A stretch of DNA of 64,000 nt. Origin: Acidilobaceae archaeon (GTDB taxonomy: Archaea; Thermoproteota; Thermoprotei_A; Sulfolobales; Acidilobaceae). The notes beneath the pieces are model-generated. The model saw nothing but the letters and a program-made list of their open reading frames with translations, was not told where the DNA came from and did not search any database. The stretch spans positions 1,403 to 65,402 of the forward strand of contig JAOAKH010000007.1 in the NCBI GenBank assembly GCA_026413755.1. Reading direction: 5' to 3'. The position numbers and the translations under genes were made by a program. Shown here in pieces: positions 9,667 through 17,043 of the stretch (position 1 is its first letter; every line of letters starts with the position of its first letter).

Positions 9667-10145
9667 CTATGGAGATTACTAATAACGTTGCCCTCCTTTT
9701 CGCAAATACAAACCTATAGGAAGGATATGGACTCCATGTAAGCGGTGAACCATGAGGAGAGCCATTAGCCCCGTCATCGCTACCGTCATCTTGATCGCCA
9801 TAACTATCATAGTGGGAGCGGCGGTAGCTGGCTGGCTGCTCGGCCTCTGGGGAGGCCTCGGCGAGGTGGAGGCCCTGAGGATATACCCTGACGCAACTCT
9901 CGAAGTGGGTAAGTCTAACTCTACCCTGAGGCTCACCATAAAGAACGAGGGGACGAGGGACGCAAAGATAATGTCTATTACGGTGGAGGGGGTAGGAACG
10001 CAGAGCCTGAAGGACCCGATTATTAAAGCCGGCGCGACAAAGACCATATCAGTAGTCTTTACCAACAAGACTGCGACTCCCGGAGCTTCCTACCTTGTGA
10101 AAGTTATGACAGAAGGAGGAGGCATATACCAGATCACAGTAAAGG
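9667..10145 (+). repeat. left arm of a whole-gene inverted duplication (promoter plus pilin P3)
   Basis: Reverse-complement match to 10442-10905. The ~85 bp upstream region is conserved and the coding region is similar throughout. A perfect 65-bp block at 10076-10140 matches 10447-10511. Confidence 0.85.
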
Positions 10146-10159
10146 CGAAAGAGAAGTAA
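9752..10159 (+). CDS. archaeal type IV pilin (class III signal peptide), paralogue P3
   Basis: N-terminus MRRAISPVIATVILIAITIIVGAAVAGW. The first 46 residues are identical to P4 and the C-terminus is shared with P4. Confidence 0.85.
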   Translation: MRRAISPVIATVILIAITIIVGAAVAGWLLGLWGGLGEVEALRIYPDATLEVGKSNSTLRLTIKNEGTRDAKIMSITVEGVGTQSLKDPIIKAGATKTISVVFTNKTATPGASYLVKVMTEGGGIYQITVKAKEK

Positions 10160-10430
10160 CTAGCGTACTACCTCCTCTCTTTTTCCCTATTCATAAACAT
10201 ACATGGGTCCCCTTCTGGCGTCCCCCATATTGCAAAGGACCGAAGGGGGAAGAGCTCCAGTTCCGTACGGGGGCCTGCAGAAGGAGATATGCTCGGCACC
10301 AAGGCTGTGACCGTCGGAGGGAGGAGGTATATGAACTCCCTCAAAGCCTATCCCCGCTTAGGATACTAAAGGGGACGCAGATAGGGTCTATGGGTAACAA
10401 AAAGGAATAAGGAATGAGGTAGTCCATTAG

Positions 10431-10820
10431 TTAGCCGCTTGCCTTCACTGTGATCTGGTATATGCCTCCTCCTTCTGTCATAACTTTCACAAGGTAGGAA
10501 GCTCCGGGAGTTGGATTCTTGCCAACCTCTACTGATATAGTCCTTATAGTGCCGGCTTTAATAACCTGGTCCTGCGGCTTCGTTCCTAGCCCCTCCACTG
10601 CGATGGATATTATCTTTGCGTCCCTCGTTCCCTCGTTCTTTATAGTGAGCTTCAGCTCACCATTACTGCTGAGGGTGGCGTTGGGATATATCCTCAGGGC
10701 CTCCACCTCGCCAAGGCCTCCCCAGAGGCCGAGCAGCCAGCCAGCCACGGCTGCCCCTACTATGATAGTTATGGCGATCAAGATGACGGTAGCGATGACG
10801 GGGCTAATGGCTCTCCTCAT
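10431..10820 (-). CDS. archaeal type IV pilin (class III signal peptide), paralogue P4
   Basis: Same N-terminus as P3 and the same C-terminus TPGASYLVKVMTEGGGIYQITVKA. Convergent with P3. Confidence 0.85.
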   Translation of the reverse strand: MRRAISPVIATVILIAITIIVGAAVAGWLLGLWGGLGEVEALRIYPNATLSSNGELKLTIKNEGTRDAKIISIAVEGLGTKPQDQVIKAGTIRTISVEVGKNPTPGASYLVKVMTEGGGIYQITVKASG

Positions 10821-10905
10821 GGCTCACCGCTCACATGGAGTCCGTCTCCTTCCTATAGGTTTGTATTTACGGAAAGGAGGGCAACGTTAGTAGTAGTCTC
10901 CATAG
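10442..10905 (-). repeat. right arm of a whole-gene inverted duplication (promoter plus pilin P4)
   Basis: See the left arm. I checked the arms by manual reverse-complementing of both 5' flanks, the N-terminal codons, the central LTIKNEGTRDAKI block and the 3' ends. Confidence 0.85.
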
Positions 10906-10948
10906 TCATAGAGGTCCTTGACCGCCGAGGGCTCGCGCAACATTTCGG

Positions 10949-12100
10949 CTAGTCCCACCTTCTCCTGTACGTGAGGAAGGAGAGCGCCGTGAGGACGGCC
11001 GCGAGCAGGAGGGCGAGGAGGGAAGCCTTGTCCTCCTGCGCCAGCGAGAGGACCCCCGTTACCCCCGCGCCGAGGCCTGTAGAGAGCGAGAGAAGCCCCG
11101 CTGCAGAGAACACCTGCCTAGGCCTAGTTTCGAGCACGTACGTTATTGCAGCCGTCTGAGCATAAGAGATCGCCGCGCCGAGCAGCATGAGCTCTAGGAG
11201 GGGAGGCAGCAGCAGCGATCCCCCAACAGCCGGCATGGCAAGCAGCATGGCAACGCTGGACGCATTGTGCAGCAGCGCTAACAGGGCGCCGAAGAGGGAG
11301 CCGGCGGCGTAGGAGGCTATGCTGAGCGCCCCCTCCTCCTCAAAGGCCCCGGAGAGCACGGTCACCCTCAGCGCCCCCAGGCCGCCGAGAAGCGCTGCCA
11401 CCCTAGCCGCCTCCCACATGACGCTCTCATATGCATGCGGGCTCGTACGAAAGGAAACTATGTCTGAGAGCACCTCGAGGCTCCTTAGGTTTATCCCCGA
11501 GAAGAGAGGGGGCGGGAGGAGGAGGTAGGAGAGGAGAAGGGAGAGCGCGGCTAGCAGCAGCAGGAGCGGGGCTATCTGAGCCCCCAGTTGGCTCCAGAGC
11601 AGGAGGGCCGCGGCGGTTAGGCCTGAGGAGAGCGCGTTGAGGGCAGCTATGGAGCTCCTCCAGAGCTCATAGCGCTGGTCGTGGACTATGTACGAGAAGG
11701 CCGCGGCAGAGGCTATCCCGAAGCCGGCCGAGAGGAGCAGGTAGAAGGCCAGGGGGCTGCTCACTGGGAGCGCCGCGAGGGCCAGGAGGGCGGAGAGCAG
11801 CATGGCAAGCCTCCTCCTCTCGTGCTGCCATAGGTAGCGGAGGAGGGGGAGCCTGGCGAGGGAGGCCACGAATATGCCCAGGAAGCCCAGGAGGCTAGCA
11901 TATATGCCGCTGGAGAGCCCCTCCGATATCTTCAGCGCTAGCTGCGCCTCTGCATACGCCCAGACGGCGGCGAGGGCCGCCATGCCCACGAGGAGGCCTG
12001 CAAATATGTTGGACCCTTGAGGTAAGTGAAAAAGGAGGGGGCTTTTAGGGGGTTCAGTGGAGGGCCACGTACTTTGCCTCACAGCCCTCAGCTTGCGCAA
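10949..12100 (-). CDS. polytopic integral membrane protein (about 10-12 TM), function unknown
   Basis: Ala/Leu-rich hydrophobic helices throughout. The annotated start overlaps the upstream regulator by 47 nt, so the true start is probably further downstream (for example M40). Confidence 0.55.
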   Translation of the reverse strand: MRKLRAVRQSTWPSTEPPKSPLLFHLPQGSNIFAGLLVGMAALAAVWAYAEAQLALKISEGLSSGIYASLLGFLGIFVASLARLPLLRYLWQHERRRLAMLLSALLALAALPVSSPLAFYLLLSAGFGIASAAAFSYIVHDQRYELWRSSIAALNALSSGLTAAALLLWSQLGAQIAPLLLLLAALSLLLSYLLLPPPLFSGINLRSLEVLSDIVSFRTSPHAYESVMWEAARVAALLGGLGALRVTVLSGAFEEEGALSIASYAAGSLFGALLALLHNASSVAMLLAMPAVGGSLLLPPLLELMLLGAAISYAQTAAITYVLETRPRQVFSAAGLLSLSTGLGAGVTGVLSLAQEDKASLLALLLAAVLTALSFLTYRRRWD

Positions 12101-12419
12101 GGGAAGAGAAGAGGGAGTATATCTTGCTACTAGAGCCAGAGACTAGCAGCACCTGCACGCAGCTGCCCTCCCTGTGCTCATGGAGCTGAGTAACGCTTAG
12201 CCCCTCCGCAACAACGCTGACCTCCTTTCCCTCCTGGCAGGAGAGAACTATCAGTGCCCTGCAGTCGTGCTCCTCTGCAGAGTGCCTGTGCTCCTTTAGC
12301 ATTTCCCTCAGCGCCCTTTCCACGAGGGCGCTCCTCTCCACTCCCAGCCTCGCAGCCAGCCCGTCAAGCTCCTCCGCCAGCTCCCTCTCCACGCTTATGC
12401 CGAACTTCCTCTTGGGCAA
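12054..12419 (-). CDS. NikR-like ribbon-helix-helix transcriptional regulator
   Basis: N-terminal RHH FGISVERELAEELDGLAARLGVERSALVERALREML. The C-terminal ACT-like region has LHEHREGSC, which resembles the NikR HxH...C metal site. Confidence 0.6.
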   Translation of the reverse strand: MPKRKFGISVERELAEELDGLAARLGVERSALVERALREMLKEHRHSAEEHDCRALIVLSCQEGKEVSVVAEGLSVTQLHEHREGSCVQVLLVSGSSSKIYSLFSSLAQAEGCEAKYVALH

Positions 12420-12428
12420 CTCCCACCC

Positions 12429-13703
12429 CTAGATCTTCAGCCCGAAGGCCTGCCTCACCAGCTGCCTAGCTATGATTAGCTTCTGTATCTCGTTGGTCCC
12501 CTCGTATATGGTAGTTATTATGGCGTCCCTCAGGTACCTCTCTATGCCCGTCTCGAAGTCAACGCCGTAGCCGCCGTGGATCTGGATGGCCTGTCTGGCT
12601 ATCCACTCAGCTGCCTCGGTAGCATAGTACTTCGCCAGGCTGGCAGCTATGAGGTACTCAGGCCTCTCCTTGTCCGCAAGGCTAGCAGCCCAGTATGTCA
12701 GCAGCCTAGCCGCCTGAAGCCTCGTGTACATCTCTGCTATCTTTTCCGTTATTATCCCATGAGCTATGAGGGGCTGGCCGAAGGCCTCGCGCTGGAGGGC
12801 GTAGTTCAGTGCCCTCTCAAAGGCGGCCTGAGCTATCCCCACGCCCTGCGCCGCAACGCCTATCCTCGCGTGATCGTACGTGTCCATGAGCACCTTGAAG
12901 CCCTCGTTGAGCTTCCCCACCACGTTCTCCTCCGGCACCCTCACCTCGTCCAGGATCACCTCATAAGGCTGCTCGCCCCTCAGCCCCATGACCCTTATCC
13001 TCTGCCCTATCCTCAAGCCGGGCTGCCCCTTCTCCACCACGAACGTAGTTATTCCCCACCAGCGCTTGTCTGGCTTGGGAGGCTCAGTCCTCGCCGAGAC
13101 CAGCAGGTAGTCTGCCTCAGCAGCGCCAGTAATAAATATCTTGCGCCCGCTTATGACGTAGTGGCCGTTCTCCTTCCTGGCAGTTGTCTGAATTCCAGCG
13201 ACATCGCTCCCAGCTCCCGGCTCGGTGTTTGCGTGAGCAGCCCTTGCCTCCCCTCTGGCCACGGGCACTACGTACTTTTTCTTCAGCTCCTCGCTGCCAT
13301 GCCTCAGCAGGGGCACTACGAATAGGTCCCTCACGCCCACGGTAACGCTCAGAGCCACGCTGGCGCGGGACAGCTCCTCCGTTAGGATCACTGCCATTGT
13401 GAGCCCTCCTCCCTGTCCGCCGTACTCTTCTGGGATCCCCACGCCCGTGTAGCCCTGAGCTACCATTTCCCTGTAGATATCCTCAGGGATGGAGTTGCTC
13501 TCCTCTATCTCCCTCCACCTAGGCATTACCTTGTTCTCAACGAACTCCCTCACGCCCTTGCGGAAGAGCTCGTGCTCTGGGCTCAGCTCTATGCGGAAGT
13601 CCTCTATGCTCTTAAATGGGAAGACCAATGCCCTCGCCGCAAGAAAAGGGCGCCGAGCTCTCTTAAAATGTTCTGTAAAACCTTCAGAACGGTATACTGC
13701 CAA
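12429..13703 (-). CDS. acyl-CoA dehydrogenase
   Basis: LSPEHELFRKGVREFV at the N-terminus. C-terminal QIHGGYGVDFETGIERYLRDAIITTIYEGTNEIQ signature. A TTG at 13628 (giving MVFPFKSIEDFRIELSPEH) is a plausible alternative start that removes the 20-nt overlap with the upstream gene. Confidence 0.9.
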   Translation of the reverse strand: MAVYRSEGFTEHFKRARRPFLAARALVFPFKSIEDFRIELSPEHELFRKGVREFVENKVMPRWREIEESNSIPEDIYREMVAQGYTGVGIPEEYGGQGGGLTMAVILTEELSRASVALSVTVGVRDLFVVPLLRHGSEELKKKYVVPVARGEARAAHANTEPGAGSDVAGIQTTARKENGHYVISGRKIFITGAAEADYLLVSARTEPPKPDKRWWGITTFVVEKGQPGLRIGQRIRVMGLRGEQPYEVILDEVRVPEENVVGKLNEGFKVLMDTYDHARIGVAAQGVGIAQAAFERALNYALQREAFGQPLIAHGIITEKIAEMYTRLQAARLLTYWAASLADKERPEYLIAASLAKYYATEAAEWIARQAIQIHGGYGVDFETGIERYLRDAIITTIYEGTNEIQKLIIARQLVRQAFGLKI

Positions 13704-15402
13704 CTATAAGAACAGTCATGATAAGGGCGACGATCGTGAGCAGTATAGCGTGCTGCAGCCCTCCCAGGGCGCTGCCTGTTGTGAGCTTCCCTGCTATCAG
13801 GCCCATAAGCCAGGCGTTGAGTATGGCTCCGAGGGAGACGTACAGCGTTGTAGCCTTTATCTCGTCCATGTATAGCTGCGCCCTCATGGGATCGAGGGAC
13901 AGAGTTTGCACCATGTAAGAGATCATGAGGAGCGTGGAGCCCACCACTAGCGCCACCCCCACGTAGGGCATGAGGAGGTAAACGCGGAACCTCTTCGAGA
14001 GCTCCTCTTCAAAGTCTGCAAGGCTCCTCGTAAAGCGGGCGAGGCTATCCAAGGTCTCTATGCTGCCCCCTCCCAGAACTATGGCATCTGAGAGGAACTT
14101 CATGGTGGCAAGGAGCATCCAGTTGCGGTAGCCGCGGAGGGCCCTCGCAACGGCGCTCTCCAGCTCAAAGCCCAGCGAGAGGGAGGTGGCTATCTTCCTC
14201 AGCACCGGCGTGAGGGAGCCGTAGTCGCGCTGCGAGAGCAATATGATGCTCTTCTCTGGGCTAAGCCCCATCTTCCTGACCTCCACGAGGTCTCTCAAGA
14301 AGTTAGCCATGGCGTTGCCCACCCCCCTTATGGTTGCCTGCCTCACCCTCCAAGCGAGGAGAGAGGGGACGCTGAGGGCCACGAGGGAGGAAGCCAGAGC
14401 GACGCTTGCGCCTATTATGCTGTCCTTCCGCACCTCGCCGAAGAGGGCCGCGTAGCCCCCTGAGAGGGTGCCTACGACAAAGAGGGTCGCAATCGAGAGG
14501 GGGAGGCCGTAGGTGAGGAGGAAGAAGTGGGGGGTGAGGTCCTCCACGGGGTTCCTTGGGCGGGCCTTCCCAATGAGGTACATGAGGGCTAAAGAGGTCA
14601 GGGGCATGAAGACGAAGCTATACACTATTAGCTGCCCCGTGCCGAAGAAGCCCCCTCCCTGCGGCATGAAGGCGCTCACGGTAAATATCAAGTAGAGGGA
14701 AATGGCGACGATGACGGCGAAGATTATGTAGAGCTCCATATATAGGGCAACCCTCTCTGCCAGCAGCCTCAGCTCGTCCATCTTGTGCCTGAAAATATCG
14801 GCGGTCTTGGTCTCCAGGTAACCTACCAGGCTGCCCCCCGTCCTTGTGACAGCTACGTAGCCCTGGAGGTACTCGCGGAAGGAGCGGCTGGGGTGGTCTG
14901 CGGCAACCCTTTCGATGGCATCGAGGGAATCCCTCCCCAGCACCTTTACTTCCGTGAGGATCCTGTCTGCCTCCTCCTTAGTTCCTCTGAAAATCTTTAG
15001 CTTTGCAGCCCTCTCCAGAGTCGAAACTATGTCGAGGCCTGCTATAGCCATGGCAGTAAGGTATGCGGAGAACATGGGCAGCTCCGCTTCCACCCAGCTC
15101 CTCCTCTCCCCCTCCCTGTATGCCGGGTAGTAGAGGCCTGCAGCAAAGATGACGACGGGGATGAGGAAGAGGAGGAGCGAGAGGAGGAGCTTGCTAGTGA
15201 GGCTAAGGGGGGAGAGGAGGACGAAGAGAGAAAGATACAGGGCCACCAAAGCGGCCATGCCTGTAAAGAGGAGGACCCTCGCGGCGTAGAGGGGCGGGTA
15301 GACGTTCATGCCTGCCTTCTTTATCGCCTCCTCTAGCTCAAAGGTCTTTGCCACCTGCGCCCCCAGCTCGCCGAGGTACGTGAGGGCCACGTAGTCCAAC
15401 AA
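13684..15402 (-). CDS. FlaJ/TadC-like type IV pilus-system polytopic membrane platform protein
   Basis: About 570 aa with two repeated halves, each a cytoplasmic helical domain plus TM clusters, immediately downstream of the FlaI-like ATPase. An in-frame TTG at 15402 sits 1 nt after the ATPase stop; the track ORF extends to 15459. Confidence 0.75.
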   Translation of the reverse strand: MLDYVALTYLGELGAQVAKTFELEEAIKKAGMNVYPPLYAARVLLFTGMAALVALYLSLFVLLSPLSLTSKLLLSLLLFLIPVVIFAAGLYYPAYREGERRSWVEAELPMFSAYLTAMAIAGLDIVSTLERAAKLKIFRGTKEEADRILTEVKVLGRDSLDAIERVAADHPSRSFREYLQGYVAVTRTGGSLVGYLETKTADIFRHKMDELRLLAERVALYMELYIIFAVIVAISLYLIFTVSAFMPQGGGFFGTGQLIVYSFVFMPLTSLALMYLIGKARPRNPVEDLTPHFFLLTYGLPLSIATLFVVGTLSGGYAALFGEVRKDSIIGASVALASSLVALSVPSLLAWRVRQATIRGVGNAMANFLRDLVEVRKMGLSPEKSIILLSQRDYGSLTPVLRKIATSLSLGFELESAVARALRGYRNWMLLATMKFLSDAIVLGGGSIETLDSLARFTRSLADFEEELSKRFRVYLLMPYVGVALVVGSTLLMISYMVQTLSLDPMRAQLYMDEIKATTLYVSLGAILNAWLMGLIAGKLTTGSALGGLQHAILLTIVALIMTVLIVGSIPF

Positions 15403-15403
15403 G

Positions 15404-16960
15404 TTAATTACTCGCGCTAGGCTCACTGCGCCCCGATCCCTCCAGCAACAGATCTTCAAAGGCCTGCTCCGGGTCGCGGTAGTACTTGTATACTACCTCT
15501 GCCACGCGCCTATAGTCCCTCTCTCCCCTCTTTGCGAGGAGCTGCAGCAGGGAGGCCCTCCTCTGCACCTCCTCCACCAGCTCCTCCCTCTCCTTTCCCG
15601 TATAGTAGGCTATCTCGTCGAGCAAGTAGCTCTCCTCTAGCTTTAGCTCGTGCACGTCCTTGGCAGGCTTCCATTCCGCCACGAGCACATAGTCGTCCAC
15701 GTCCCTGATCTCCCAAACATGGGTTACCCTCCTCCCGATCACCCCTCCCACGCTAACCCTTCTCACGAGGAGGGCCCACCGCATAAGAGGGACATAGGAG
15801 GGCGGGACGTTCATGGGAGGGCTCGTGAGCCTCTTCACAAGGGCCTGCACGTTCTCCGCGTGAACCGTGGTGAGCCCCCCGTGGCCCGTTGCCACCGCCT
15901 GGAAGAGCACATATGCTTCCTCCCCCCTCACCTCCCCCACGATGATGACGTCGGGCCTGTACCTCAGGCTAACCTTCACGAGATCGTAAAGGGTCACCTC
16001 GCCCACCTTGCTCCCGGTGAGGGAGTAGCTATGCCTAGAGACCAGCTGCACCCAGTTCTCCAGCGTGAGCCTCAGCTCCGGCGTGTCCTCTATGGTGACG
16101 ACCTTCAAGTTGGGCTTCAGGAGGGTTGCGATGGCGTTCAACATCGTTGTCTTCCCTGAGCCCGTGACGCCCATTATTATACCAGGCAGCCTGTTCTCCA
16201 TGAGCAGCCAGAGGTAGCCCGCGATCTCTGCGCTCAGGTTCTTGTTGGCCACAAGGTCCACGATGCTGAGGGGCCTCTCCCTGAACTTCCTTATGGTAAA
16301 CGTAGATCCGCCCACGCTGACCTCCCTCTTGAAGGTAGCTGCCAGCCTGTGGCCCCCGGGGAGCATGGCGTCCACTATGGGGAAGGCGACGCTTATGTGC
16401 TTGCCAGCCATGTGGGCCAGCTTGAGGACTACTGAGTCCACCTCTTCCTCAGTGCGGAAGACGACGTTAGTGGGGAGGCCCTCGTATTTCTGGTGCCAGA
16501 CGTAAATGGGCTTCCCTACGCCATCGCAGCTGATGTCCTCCACGTAAGGGTCCCTCATGAGAGGATCAAGGGGGCCGTAGCCAACGGTGTTGCGGATCAG
16601 GTAGTAGAGCACCTTTTGCCAGTCTATCCCTCCCCTCCTGGCTCCCAGCTTCTCCTGGTAGACGCTGACTATCCTCTTCACCTGGCTCACGAAGTACTCC
16701 TTCACCGGCTCATGAGTAGAGGCGCCGCTGAAGTCGTAGGGCTTCACTTCCCACTCTAGGATCTTCATTAGCCTCTGGTACACGCTCTCCTCCTCTTTGT
16801 TCATCTGGGCCTCCTTCACGAAGTAGAACCTGGCGCCCGAGGCCCTGCTCTCAAGGATCTGCGCGTATGCCCAGGGCTCCGCTAGGGGGTACTCTTCTAT
16901 TACTTCCATATCCTCCGGCGACCCCCTCCCCCTATCTTCTCCCCCCTCTCCTCTCCGCAA
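15404..16960 (-). CDS. FlaI/VirB11-like type II/IV secretion-family ATPase
   Basis: Walker A GVTGSGKTT, Walker B/Asp box DVIIVGEVRGEEA and His box TGHGGLTTVHA. The start may be the internal MEVIEEY at 16909. Confidence 0.85.
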   Translation of the reverse strand: MRRGEGGEDRGRGSPEDMEVIEEYPLAEPWAYAQILESRASGARFYFVKEAQMNKEEESVYQRLMKILEWEVKPYDFSGASTHEPVKEYFVSQVKRIVSVYQEKLGARRGGIDWQKVLYYLIRNTVGYGPLDPLMRDPYVEDISCDGVGKPIYVWHQKYEGLPTNVVFRTEEEVDSVVLKLAHMAGKHISVAFPIVDAMLPGGHRLAATFKREVSVGGSTFTIRKFRERPLSIVDLVANKNLSAEIAGYLWLLMENRLPGIIMGVTGSGKTTMLNAIATLLKPNLKVVTIEDTPELRLTLENWVQLVSRHSYSLTGSKVGEVTLYDLVKVSLRYRPDVIIVGEVRGEEAYVLFQAVATGHGGLTTVHAENVQALVKRLTSPPMNVPPSYVPLMRWALLVRRVSVGGVIGRRVTHVWEIRDVDDYVLVAEWKPAKDVHELKLEESYLLDEIAYYTGKEREELVEEVQRRASLLQLLAKRGERDYRRVAEVVYKYYRDPEQAFEDLLLEGSGRSEPSASN

Positions 16961-17003
16961 ATTAAGTAGCTATTACCTGTAGACCGCTTTTGCGCTAATA
17001 GAG

Positions 17004-17017
17004 TTTTAAAGTATATA
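17004..17017. promoter_or_regulatory. AT-rich TATA-like element in the 83-bp divergent intergenic region between the ATPase and the large surface protein
   Basis: TTTTAAAGTATATA ends 27 nt before ATG 17044, which is consistent with a leaderless or short-leader archaeal transcript. Confidence 0.4.
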
Positions 17018-17043
17018 GAGGAGCGAGGAGCAGGGCAAGGCAG

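Noticed and set aside
10160-10430. Possible small gene or RNA in the 270-bp spacer between the convergent pilin genes.
   Set aside because: There is only a 35-codon ORF with no recognisable features. I could not see C/D-box or other RNA motifs. It is left as unexplained spacer inside the inverted duplication.
12576-13325. 249-aa plus-strand ORF.
   Set aside because: It is antisense to the acyl-CoA dehydrogenase, which has strong family motifs. This is a shadow ORF.
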